Assembly: GCA_029953675.1 (NCBI GenBank)
Contig: JAMWBK010000011.1
Coordinates: 496,001-560,000 of the forward strand
Origin: Rhodosorus marinus CCMP1338
Lineage: Eukaryota; Plantae; Rhodophyta
Direction of reading: 5' to 3'
Length of the DNA stretch: 64,000 nt
Shown: piece after piece, positions 49,314 to 60,652 of the stretch
Numbering within the stretch: the first letter of the stretch is position 1
Layout of the letters: each line of letters opens with the position of its first letter
The notes under the pieces: model-generated
Seen by the model: the letters and a program-made list of their open reading frames with translations, nothing else
Told to the model about the DNA's origin: nothing
The model's database searches: none
Program-made: the position numbers and the translations under genes

Positions 49314-51938
49314 ATTAGGCGGACTTAAAATGGACTAGAAAATTTTTACTATCAAGGCTTTTGGAGTTGAAGTTTTTTTCTTTTTTTCGAGAGGAGAGAA
49401 AATCTATTTCTGAAACATGAAAAAAGCGTTCGGTTTTGTGGACGTGTGACCGTGTGGGGGGTTAGGCGTCGTCTGTTAGTGGTTGACGTTGAACTTTTCA
49501 TTTGCAGACGCACTATTTCAACACGTTTGTCTGCCATTGAGTGCAGGACTCTTTTTCTTTTGAGAGACTACGCCCGGGCGATAGTCAGAGATCTTCCGGG
49601 GTGGTCTTCTTCTTTTTGCATATTGAAAATTTCGGTCCAGAAAATCCGTGCGTTCTTGGCGATTGTTCAACCCTGGTGAGATTGGAACGAGAAGCATGCT
49701 GGTTGACTTCCGATACCTTATCGCCCTGTCCTGAGTGACAACCCTACGTCATGGGGTTCGTGATGGGGGACGCTGTGCCCACGATGGTGGGGGAAAAAGG
49801 TCCCAAGGCCTGTTTCCGTGACGAAAATACGTTGAAACGTACGTTTCATAATGATACGGGCGAATGTTGCCCATAAGATCGGTGAAGCGTACCTACGACC
49901 CTTCCTCTAACAGGTTCCTACAGGGAAATGAAGAATCACCCGATCCGCCGCCCCTACCCGCGAGCACTGACGAATACACGCAGTTGGTGGCATTCGACCC
50001 CCACACGAGTAAACGTTGCGCACTGAAGCCCACTCGTCCGGGGCAAACGCTTCGTCAATACCCACCAACTATCCTTCTGAACCCTTGGAACTTCCTTTGG
50101 CAAAATCCGACATTTATTTCATCATCTACCATTGTCTTCTTTCTCTACCCCCCACGAGCTAATGATGTTTTACCGGGATCTTCGTCGAGATCCCCCCATC
50201 GAATTTATCGACACCTGTCCTTCCAAGAAACTACTACAATTCATATATTACTAAGAACTACTGATTTACTCTAATCAGGGGTCCGGCTACCACAACACAA
50301 AACCACCACTAGCGTCATGACTCGTACAACGTCGGACGCTGGACCCAGTTTTTTACCCTCCAGAGAGGGATGTTGATTATGTAGAAAGTACATAAAATTT
50401 TAAAGTTCAAGAATTCTTGGCCAATGCTAACATTTATTTGCCTATGAAAAGTGCGTCGTAAAAAGGCCAGCTCTGAGGCGAATAAGTTTTCCAATATTTC
50501 CTACATGGCCCCACCTTTGGCTCATTCCAAACTCAATCATTATTCACTTTTCACCCACGTTGGTGTCTTTTTATCAGCATATTTGCGAATCGCTTCAGGA
50601 AAATTGTAAGTAAGATTCGCCAATGGCGAGCAGTTGGTTCTGGACAATTTTTTTTAAATGTATTTTCTACCGATGCGGGTATGCATAAAACAACGAATTC
50701 CTGGGATCGGTGTTTACGCGAAAACGCGCCCAATTTCATCGTCTTCATTTTTTCTCATCGGTTATTTATCGTATTTATCGGTATTTAACGGTATTTATCG
50801 GTATTTATTCTTAAAATCGTTCCTGACGACCCTAAAAACGAAGAAAATCAAATAGCGATCTGAGAAAAGTATGTATATGTCGGAAGCAGATTAAAATTCC
50901 GATTCGGATAGAAAAACACTAATGCGTACTAAAAGAGTACAAAATTCCCCTCCTTTTTTTTTAACCTTTTCCGGAGTGGGGAGTATTCTAATCTATCCTG
51001 AAGTGTGGAAATCGATGGAAGGCTTACAAAGGGGAACGCGGATGAATCGCTGTGGGTTGACTTAGTATGCTGCTAGTACGCAAAAGATCGATGAGTTGAC
51101 AGTGTGGTACGCAGTGCCGTTTCGTTGCAGATGGGGAGGAGAAAGGACCACAACAGCTTCAGGGTGCTCACCCGACAGCATCCCTGGTACGAGATCAAGC
51201 GAAGATGACCTTTCAAGTGCTCTTCCCTAGCCGTGGGCGAAAATGTGGACGTGTTGAAGGGGCATCGTCTGATCTGCTCGGACTAGTCGAGCGCAGAACC
51301 CACTCCACTTGCCAAAGGGAGATCTGCTTCTACTCCGGAGCAGTCCGCTCGTTCAACGTGGCCTCTTCAAAAAAGGAAAACACGATGGAACAAATGTTGC
51401 CGACGACTTTCCGGCGAGGAAGAAATGAAAGCAAGCTGGAGATGTCGATATGAAGCTTGCGAGAAATCATTTTGCCGTACAGAACTTACCGTTAAGCCTC
51501 GTTGAAAACCCAGAGGTGAGATGGTAGGTTTGACAACTCTTGTTCCTGCTAGTCGGGTCCAGTATTCTGTCAAACAGGAGCTGAGGTTTTCACAATGGTT
51601 TTTCTAGTTTCTTTAAGGTTTCTGTGAATCCCCTCCCTCCGTTTCACCCTTTGCAAAGAGCTGCTCCCGAATCCCGTCAACGGACCCCTTTCCAATCGCC
51701 AATGCTTCCCTAGTGTTGTTAGTGCTCTTCCCCCGGTCCCAACAGAACCAAAATGCGATTCTGAAAATCAGAAACCTCGAAATCAGACTGTAGCTCGTCA
51801 GAAGGGTCCGCTCTGATGATTGGTTTCTCTTTTCCATCGCTGATAAAAGGCCCGCGGCGTATGTGCAGATGCAAGGAGATCCATACGGTTTGGATTTTAA
51901 TCTTGTACTATTGCTTATGAGTATGGGGAGCTTCACTG

Positions 51939-53579
51939 TTACGGCAAGGATGGAACGTAGTCATGTTCAGTGTCGTAGACGTCAAACTCGTCCAAAACCG
52001 CTCTTAAACGCTTCAATTCATCTCGAGATTCTTGCGGCAGTGCTTGCCAGTCGAAAATGCGAGGGTAGTCGTCCATGTCGCGCTTTTCCTCCCGCACATC
52101 GTACCACCGGTTCGCGCCATCCTTCATAACATAGGAGCCTCTGATCAACTGGAAGTGACCCGCAAATCTTGTCATATAAGAAAAGTTGTACGTTCGTGTA
52201 TGCTTCTCGGCGTCCCCAAATAAGTAGGGATACAGGCTTTCACCATGGATTTCATATCCATCAAGAAGGTCACTCACGCCCATCAAATCGGCCACCGTTG
52301 GCAACAGGTCAACGGAAGAAGCAAGCTCGTGCGACCTGCCTTTCTTTGTCATACCTAGCCCAGGCGCGTAGACAAACAGTGGCACATGTGGACCCCTCTG
52401 CTTCCTCTCTACGGCTTTTCCGTAACCTTTTGTTCCGTTGTCTGTGGCGAAGATTATAACCGTATTGTTCAGGATGCCCAGCTCTTTGCATTTCTCTTCA
52501 AACTGCCACAGAGTGTAGTCTAGATACTCGACATGGCGCCTGATTCCGCCCTTATTGGTTCCGCTCGTCGTGTAGTTTCCAGCTTCCCCAGTTATCACCG
52601 ATTCTTGTTTCACATACCTCTGCGTTTTCGGATTCCACCATAGCTTCGGAGTAGGTGGCCACGTATCAACCTTCCCATTCAGAAAGTCGAATGCCTTGTG
52701 TCCAATTCTGGAGGTTGCATACAAGAAGAAAGGCTTATCGTCCTCCGTGCATGTCTCCATGAAGGCCTTGGTTACGTCCATATCCACGTCAGGCCCGAAT
52801 GTGCCCATGTTGTATGCTTCTCTAGTTTCCTCCGTATTGGGATAGTAGACTAGTCTACCATCTTGTTCCTCGTCCCCCTTTGGAGGATTGAACAGAAGTA
52901 CGTGGGGCAGCCAAGTGTAACTGCGATGAGCTCTTGCTCCTGGTTCTACCTTGCCGGTGTCCAAGTTGATCAATTTCTTGTTGCCATTCTCGTCCCTTCC
53001 CCTCCCTACGACTTGAAAATCTGACAGAGGGCTAGGTGGAACCTCTTGTGGAGCGGGCACGAAAACGCCTTGCCCAAACCCAAACTTCTCCAAATTATCA
53101 ACGTCTTTCATACCTGCTCTTCCCCCCCAAAACGTTCCATACCCAGCCGCCGTTGCCAGTTGCCCAATTCCCAGAGGAGATGTGATCCAAAGAGGAACGA
53201 TATCACCGATTTCTCCGTTCTCGTCCACCCACGATCCGTAGTCAAAATTGTGCCACCACTTGGTGATCGTTGCGTATCTTCCAGTCATCATCATTCCACG
53301 GCTGGAGGCGCAGATTGGTGTAGACCAATACCTGTCAAAAAAGACACCCTCCTTCGCCATCTTATCCATCATCGGCGTGCGCGCGCGATACTTGGGGCTG
53401 TCTGTCGTCTCTTCATCGGTACTGGACCAGACCCCGGTATCGTATGGTGGGAACTCCCGGGGGCTGAGATCATCCCCGATCAAAATGATAATATTAGGCT
53501 TGCTGCCAGCCGCTGCACTCTCCACACCGGACAGAACAGCCCAGCACAGCACCATAAACCATCCCAAACCACCCTTCAT
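51939..53579 (-). CDS. Secreted S1-family sulfatase-like protein, copy 2 (intronless)
   Basis: Same motifs as copy 1 (CASSRGMMMTGRY); intact ORF with signal peptide. Confidence 0.9.
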   Translation of the reverse strand: MKGGLGWFMVLCWAVLSGVESAAAGSKPNIIILIGDDLSPREFPPYDTGVWSSTDEETTDSPKYRARTPMMDKMAKEGVFFDRYWSTPICASSRGMMMTGRYATITKWWHNFDYGSWVDENGEIGDIVPLWITSPLGIGQLATAAGYGTFWGGRAGMKDVDNLEKFGFGQGVFVPAPQEVPPSPLSDFQVVGRGRDENGNKKLINLDTGKVEPGARAHRSYTWLPHVLLFNPPKGDEEQDGRLVYYPNTEETREAYNMGTFGPDVDMDVTKAFMETCTEDDKPFFLYATSRIGHKAFDFLNGKVDTWPPTPKLWWNPKTQRYVKQESVITGEAGNYTTSGTNKGGIRRHVEYLDYTLWQFEEKCKELGILNNTVIIFATDNGTKGYGKAVERKQRGPHVPLFVYAPGLGMTKKGRSHELASSVDLLPTVADLMGVSDLLDGYEIHGESLYPYLFGDAEKHTRTYNFSYMTRFAGHFQLIRGSYVMKDGANRWYDVREEKRDMDDYPRIFDWQALPQESRDELKRLRAVLDEFDVYDTEHDYVPSLP

Positions 53580-53861
53580 CGTGCCACACAATTAAGGATG
53601 ATCAGATCCTCAAAATCCACCTCACCAGCCCCCAAAAAAACAAAAGCGGTCCTCAAGCTCCTCACCCCAGCTTCTCTCTCAACCCTCCCCCGCCACACCT
53701 AGTCCCATACGACCTCTATATATACAACGTGCCAACTGATCAGGGCACGACACATTTCTTCCCTCCCCCCAAAAACATTTTTCAAAAACAAACTAAGAAA
53801 CACAGTGCCCGATTTTCCTCCATGTCATAATGATTGATTCTAATTCCCAAGGAATTTGATC

Positions 53862-53917
53862 TCTCTCTGTCTCACTGTCTCTCTCTGTCTCACTGCCTCT
53901 CTCTGTCTCACTGTCTC
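53862..53917. repeat. ~18-bp CT-rich minisatellite (CTCTCTGTCTCACTG.CT)x3
   Basis: Seen directly; the paralogous region at ~62.56 kb has a plain (CT)n instead. Confidence 0.7.
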
Positions 53918-56634
53918 TCCCTGTGCGCCTCGCTATGCAAATATCCAAGTCTCTCCTACAAACCTTTAAAAATATGCAAAAGTCAAAAACAAAGTTCAAC
54001 ATGTGACAGTTAGTTTGCCTCTGTTTTGAAGCGGAAAAATATTGAAAAGTGGATCGATCTCAAGTTCCCCCTTCCAAAAAGCAAAAAAATATATATATAT
54101 ATGAAACAATTTTCCAATAAAAAGGAATCCGAGTCTCTCTAAGTAAAACCCATCAGAAATTTCCAAAAGTCAAAAATAATATTACCCACCAGCAGTTTTC
54201 CTCTCGTCCTCCTCCTCCGGGGGAAGAAGAACATGGAATTCTGTTCGCATCTCAAGATCTCAAAAATATGCACGATTTTCGCATAATTCACACAGGGACT
54301 AAATTTTGCTTTTTGCTCACCCCCTCTCTCATCTCAAAAAGAGTGTTTTTAGGGTATATTTGTTTTATATGTAAAATTGTAAATATCGTTCTTTCATCGT
54401 CCCCCCTGTCAACTGTCTTGAGATGTGATAGGATTTTATGTAAAAAATGTTTACATGGTCAAATTGACATCCGACGCCTTGTCGCGTGTCTTGAATCGTG
54501 ACGTAGGAAGTCGTTTGCAGATCTTCTTGACAAGCGGGAAGCAGAAAAAAATGGAAAAAATTGAAAAGGAACAAAGCCAACATAAAAAAAAACCAAACGA
54601 ACGAAGAAACCTTTTTTTTTGGTGGAAAACATGCAGAAGACAGCTTACTGTCTGGGGATGAAAACTGTCTTTCCTTTTTGTCTCTCACTTTCTATTCTCA
54701 GGAAATGCTTATCACGGTAACCATTTAGACGTCTCGAGCGTTTGCTGATGATTCACAAGTTCAATAGAAAGACGCATGGGAAGCGGGGGGGGGGGAAGTT
54801 AATTGATTGTTAGCTGGGGCCAAGTTGGGCCAAGTAGAAATATTGGAAACATGCGATACCATTTTTTTGGAGGGCAGGGTGGAGGTGGTCGAGGGATTGT
54901 GGAAAGGCTGCGATGAAGGGTCGCATTGTGGGGAGCTTCTGATGATGTGTGTTTTGGGGGCGTACCGAGGAAAGTTTGATGGGGAAGCGCTAGCTTTCCG
55001 GGTCTGGGGTCTGAACTTTGCGGCTTTGTCTCTCTTTTATTAGGTCGTATACCTCACTGGTGAGTTATATAGTCTGTGCAGCCTTTTGGATCAGTGTTTG
55101 GTTCTTGAGTGAAAGTGGGTTCGCGCTTACCAGGGCAAGAGGTGTGCTTACGAAGGGGTCGGGGTATCGTGAATTGGCTTTGTACCGTTGTTTTGATGCG
55201 TTTAGAACCGAAAACAGTAGCGATACAGAACCTGGAGGCTCGTTGTCGCTTCGTTTGAAGCGTTCCTTCTGGAGGCTCGTCGCCTTCAGTTTTTTGATTT
55301 GAGAGTGTCCGAAGTGAAGGTTCATAGTCTTTAGGATTTTTATTCGAGAGAGCCCCAACACTGCTGTTCGCCGCGAACAAGATCTTGGGGATAGAGAGTA
55401 CAAAGAAGTTCTTGAAAGTTTTTCGTCCTTCGAGGGCGGGGTTATTTGAAGAGGACGGATTCGTGCTTGGCCGGTTTCCAAGAATCTCACGTCTTGAACA
55501 ATCGAGTCTTGATGTTTATGAGCTGAGACATGCACACATCAGCCAAAGACGAAAAACTTGTTTCGCGAGGCGCTAATGGATCGCCTGGCAATCCCCCAAC
55601 AGCCCCACAAGCGACGAGCTTCTCAACCGCAATCTCCCCTGAGTGTTTTTTTTATATTTTAAACCTTAGTTGCTCGGGGCAAGTTAATTGGCCCATGTTA
55701 CTGGAAAGTCATTTCCCAAAGATTACTAAGAAACCTCATCTACTTTTTGCAGAGCCAAATACGCGCACGTTTTCCCCCTTATTTTTCACTTTCCATAGAA
55801 ACCAAATGTGGGTATGAGAGATTTGGTCAATGTTACATTTTGCTTCAAAAAAAAAAAAAAAAGGTGACCGAGAAAATGATTTTCTGATATTTTCATCTTT
55901 TCTGTTGGCCAATTGATTTGATATAGTTTTCATACATTACTTTTTGCGGGTCATGTGAAGAAAAATAAATGACCAATGAGTTGTGATGTTGTACTCTGAC
56001 CGATCGCTACCGGAAAAGTCTGCTTTTTCTCTTGCTCCAAACAAAAAGCTTTTAAGTCTTTTGTTTGCATGAATTGTTAAAACGCAAGAAACAGTACTTC
56101 AGGGTTGGTAGCGAGGCTGGGATTAGAGAGATCGACCTAGCGGGGTTTTGGTTTGGGGCGGCGAATCGGGGACTCAAGGCTGCTAGGGATTTTGGACGGT
56201 CCGCTGGTGATAGGCACCGGTAGCGGTGCAGATATGAATAGCCCGTGCAGACTTATCAAGTAATCGGTGTGGACAACTCATGGGGTCATGGGGGTGTAGT
56301 GGGGTTGTTCGATTTCGATCTGTCCGCCAAGCAACCAAATACGGAATGCTCAGAGCAAACCGTATTCGATTCACGTCTTGGTTCCGCGTTCCTATCCTCT
56401 CCCGTAATCCCTGGGTGGCTCTATTCTTCAAAGCTGGCGGACATCTCCGATCTTGTTACTTTCCACCATCGTAGATGACATCCGGTGTAAGAAATATTGT
56501 ACAAAACAAAAGCTTTTGGGAATCGTCGACGGTTCACTCTCCTGATCACGTCCTTTTCAATCAATGACAAGGGACGGAGGCGCCATGCGAATTTCTAAGC
56601 CGTTCGTTTATATTTAACCTTGAGTCTCACCTGC

Positions 56635-56835
56635 CTAAACCTCGGGTTCTGGTACGTAGTCATGTTCAGTGTCACAAACCACAAGCGTATCCAAAACCGC
56701 TGTTAAACGATCCCGATCGGAGATCTTGCGGTACTTCGTCCCAGTTTGTGATTATAGGGCAGTTGGCCAAGTCCCGTTTTTCGTTCGACACGCCGCACCA
56801 TTGCTCCCCGCTATCCTGCACCACAGCCGCACCAG
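56635..56835 (-). pseudogene. C-terminal fragment of a further sulfatase copy
   Basis: VVQDSGEQWCGVSNEKRDLANCPIITNWDEVPQDLR, then after a frameshift CDTEHDYVPEPEV*; aligns with VMRDSAERWYDVREENREMDNYPNIWKWERVPQELR...HDTEHDYVP. Confidence 0.85.
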
Positions 56836-56992
56836 GCTCTAGACTCGAAGAAGACAAACAGCCCGAGGCAAGAGGGCAGTGAAGGGTCAGGTCTACAACG
56901 TGTTGTGGAGAACGTCTGCATCCTCCACGACAAGATCTGGGCTTCCGAATCATTGGTTCGGGTGCCGAGGCAATGGAGAGGCTCAAATCCTA

Positions 56993-57766
56993 TTGAGCCT
57001 CAGGTCGATTTGAAACCGGGCCAACTCCGGACGGTCCAAGAATGCCTCGAATTCGGGTAGCAAGTCCACGTCGGACGAGGGGAACAAAGATGACACCGTC
57101 TGGGCGAGACTTTCTGCATAGGGGAGGACAGGCGCCTGGCCCGCCAGAACTCGCGCCGCTCGACTCAAGTCCCACCGCTACCAATTTCTGTACTCGAGCC
57201 GTCAGGGGCGAGACGGTTCCAGCCCGGGTCCGACGAACGGATGGTTCCAACGACGCCAAGTAGCTTTGCTGCTACACCTCGAATTCCCCTTTCAGGAACA
57301 TGGCAAGCCGATCTCGGACACACCATCTGTGTGACACGCCATCTGTGTGACACGCCATCTGTGTGACACGCATTCTGTGTGACACGCCATCTGTGTGACA
57401 CGCCATCTGTGTACACCATCTGTGTGACACGCCATCTGTGTCCGAGATCGGTTTGCCATGTTCCTGAAAGGGGAATTCGAGGTGTAGCAGCAAAGCTACT
57501 TGGCGTCGTTGGAACCATCCGTTCGTCGGACCCGGGCTGGAACCGTCTCGCCCCTGACGGCTCGAGTACAGAAATTGGTAGCGGTGGGACTTGAGTCGAG
57601 CGGCGCGAGTTCTGGCGGGCCAGGCGCCTGTCCTCCCCTATGCAGAAAGTCTCGCCCAGACGGTGTCATCTTTGTTCCCCTCGTCCGACGTGGACTTGCT
57701 ACCCGAATTCGAGGCATTCTTGGACCGTCCGGAGTTGGCCCGGTTTCAAATCGACCTGAGTCTCAA
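56993..57766. repeat. 330-bp inverted repeat (56993-57322 / 57437-57766) around a tandem-repeat spacer
   Basis: Base-by-base comparison: the arms are reverse complements with only two mismatches (56998/57761 and 57307/57452). Confidence 0.95.
57317..57441 (+). repeat. Eight tandem units of GACACGCCATCTGTGT (16 bp; three variant units)
   Basis: Units parsed directly: 5 perfect, GACACACC..., GACACGCATT... and one 13-bp unit; no spacers. Confidence 0.95.
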
Positions 57767-60530
57767 CGAGTTTGATCTGGAGGATTTGCTTCGTACCTCG
57801 CGTCGTGGACGCTGTCCTGGACCCGCAGGGCTTCGAACCGAATTATTGCAGGCCTTGGGCAAGCCTGGCCGGAGCGCACTGCTCAAGATCCTGAACAAAC
57901 TGTTCCAGGGCACATCGGGTGCGTCTGCCCTATGGGAACATCTCCGAAGGGCACAACTTTGAATGCTCGCGAAGCCTGGCCATCAGCCGGCCCACCCGCG
58001 TCTCCGGCCGATCGGTATGGTCGAGAGCCTACGGAAACTAGGTGGAAGGTGGCTATGCCAGCGAATTCGCCAGCGGGTCACAGCTTTTGTGGCGCCCTTG
58101 CAAGTGGGGGTGGGATTTTCGGGGGGTTGCGAATTGATCACCCTTGGGATCGAGCTGGAGCGTGCCTGTAGGCCCGACTGGGGAGTTTTGGTGGTTGATT
58201 TTCGAAACGCATTCAACAGCGTCTCGCGGACGCATGCGTTGGAGGTGATCCGACGGGTTTCTCCGGAGGCGTGGCCCTGCCTCTCTGGTCTTTACGGAAG
58301 GGGGAGCCTCCCCTACTGCACCAGTGAGGGCACTGTTTTCCAAGCACATACTGGAGTCCAACACTGCCATCCTTGTGGGCCTCTGCTTCATGCGTGTGCC
58401 CTGCAGCTCGTTCTCCTGCGTCTCGCGACTGAGGTGCCGGCTCTTCGTATCTACGCCTATCACGACGACGTGACCTTGCTGGGCGCCCCTGAGACTCTGG
58501 CTCGGGGGTTGACCCAGATCGAAGCGATTGCACGTGGAGTAGGTCTGACGGTGGAACCCGAGAAGTGTCCCTAGGGGGAGCCTCCCCTACTGCACCAGGG
58601 AGTGCACTGTTTTCCAAGCACATACTGGAGTCCAACAAGGCCATCCTTGTGGGCGTCTACTTCCTGCGTGTGCCTTGCAGCTCGTTCTCCTGCGTCTCGC
58701 GACTGAGGTGCCGGCTCTTCGTATCTACGCCTATCACGACGACGTGACCTTGCTGGGCGCCCCTGAAACCCTGGCTCGGGGGTTGACCCAGATCGAAGCG
58801 ATTGCACGTGGAGTGGGTCTGACGGTGGAACCCGAAAAGAGTCGTTTTCTCGCTCCAAGTGAAGTTTCGATGGCCTCTCTGCCATCTAATCTACGAACCA
58901 TTGGCGAACGTGAAGGGTTGGAGCACCACAGCGTCGGTTTCGGGAGCAACAACTTTGTCCAAGCCTCTTGCGAACGAGTCTTGACTCGGCACAAGCAGCT
59001 CACTGACGCCATTGAGCGCCTTCCAGACAGTATGCTGCGATCGGCCCGCTTGCTTTCCCGCTTTTGTGCCAGTCCCCGACTCAACTACTGGTTGCGTAGC
59101 CTACCACCCGACTGGGGTTCGCCGCCAAGGCCGACGAGATGACGCTGAACCACTGGGGTACGCTCTTGGATGAACCCCTCGATCTTGAAGAGGCTCCCGA
59201 CAGGGACTTAATTCGTGCCCAGCTCGCCCTACCGTTGCGCTTGGGGGGATTTGGTGTCGCAGATCGGGGGCTCGTCTTCTCGCCTGCGGCGGTCGCCTCC
59301 TGGGCAACCGCGCTCCGTACCTGGGTGACTTTCCGGATACAAAGTGCCTGCTTTTTTGCTCGAGCACAGACTAGCGAGGACCCAGTGACCCTTTCGCCCC
59401 AGCTTTTGACGATCTATGATGGTCTACAACAGGCGTTCCGGATGTGCAACGCCGTGCCGGACGAGAATCGATCCCGTTTTCGCTCTTGGCGGGAACTGCT
59501 ATGGGGACGAACTGCGGCGATTGAGGACTCACCCATTGACAGAGTTCTTTCCGATGAGGGAGAAGCTAGCCCCGAGTCACCCGTTGCAGATTACCCAGGT
59601 CTGACCCGATTGTGGAGCTCCCGCACTGAAGTGATTCAACATAGCCTCAGCTGGGGCCAACACAGTGCCGCTCACGCAATCTTGCTCAACTCTCCCCTCA
59701 CACCGCCTACCACCGCCGCTCGCCTTCGCGGCATGGGAGGCCATCTCTCGCGCCTGTGGTTAACCACTCTGCCTTCGTCGCCGGGTCACCGCCTCGATGC
59801 CTTCCAGTTCCGCTCCGCCGCACGGATCTACTGAGGTTTGCCACAAGCCCCGTGGCACTCTAATCGGCCGTCTTTCTGTCAGGGATGTGAGAGCCGGATT
59901 GACGCTTGTGGCTACCACTTCTTGGGTTCATGCGGACTGTTGCGGGGTCTCCGCACGAGGCGCCACACTCGTCTCAAGTACACCCTAAGCGAATGTTTAG
60001 CTCGGGTAGGGCATACGGTTGAGGTGGAATCGGAACTACCCAGATCGGTCTCGGACACGGCGCCGCCCTGCTGTATCGCAGATCTTCTTGTATCAGACCC
60101 TGCCGCCCAGCGCTCAGCATATGTTGACGTCGCGATTACATGCCCTGTGGCGAGCGCCCACCTCACGGCTGCCGCCCGCCGCCGAGGGCCAGCCGCTTCG
60201 GCCCTTCGACGAGTGAAGGCACGACGGTATGCTGAGAGCATGGCCAGTCTGCCCTACGCAGAGGGTCGCTCCCACCGGTTCCAGCCTTTCATTGTGGAAA
60301 GCTTTGGTTATGTGGATAAGTCGGGTTTAGAGTGGTTGCGGAAATGTTTCGCGGAGCATCCTACTGAGTACTTGGCGTTTTTACCCGTTTGAGTGCCGTC
60401 CTGTGGCGATATTCTACCAGCATGCTTGCCGAGGCGCGCCATCGGCGCCTGGGTTTGCGCACTTCCCTCCCTAGTTCTTAGTTCCTTTTCACGTCTTGCG
60501 TAGCGCTTCAGGCTATGCTAGTGAAGCCCA
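57437..60530 (+). mobile_element. 5'-truncated, decayed CRE-like non-LTR retrotransposon (second subfamily)
   Basis: Frameshifted or stopped ORFs align with element 1 ORF2: RFAMFLKGEFE, GRCPGPAGLR, LRPIGMVESLRK, VDFRNAFNSVSR, AYHDDV, LPLRLGGFG, CQGC...HFLGSC, RTRRHTRL, IADL...VDVAIT, PFIVESFG, TRLSAVLWR. It ends where sulfatase 3'-flank homology begins (60531). Confidence 0.9.
58300..58839 (+). repeat. Internal ~265-bp tandem duplication of the RT core (58300-58564 / 58574-58839)
   Basis: Both copies start GGGGGAGCCTCCCC and end GAACCCGA.AAG; about a dozen differences; both encode AYHDDV. Confidence 0.9.
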
Positions 60531-60652
60531 GATAAAAGGCCAGCGGCGTGTGTGCAGATGCAAGGAGATCGATACGGTCTGTATTTTAATCTTGTACTAT
60601 TGCTTATAAGTATGAGTAGCTTCGCTGTGAAGGCAACGATGGGTCCTTTCCG

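Larger units (their letters stand above)
51842..54480. repeat. Segmental duplication unit (sulfatase copy 2 with 3' flank and ~0.9 kb upstream); paralog at 60531-~63120
   Basis: Homology starts at GATAAAAGGCC in both copies. It continues past the ATG through CCTCAAAATCCACCTCACCAGCCCCC, GGGACTAAATTT and TTGAGAT.TGATAGG blocks; the outer boundary is approximate. Confidence 0.8.

Noticed and set aside
49870-50210. RNase H-like FDGGSR..DPG remnant on the minus strand
   Set aside because: Needs two frameshifts within ~25 bp and downstream motifs are unconvincing.
51430-51505. C2H2-like CRYEACEKSF stretch
   Set aside because: No His ligands, stops upstream, no start or exon structure.
55018-55576. 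Overlapping 100-156-aa ORFs between sulfatase copy 2 and the 56.6-kb relic
   Set aside because: No recognisable motifs or strand preference.
57317-57441. CRISPR-like array
   Set aside because: The units are contiguous with no unique spacers, the context is eukaryotic and there are no cas genes; reported as a tandem repeat.
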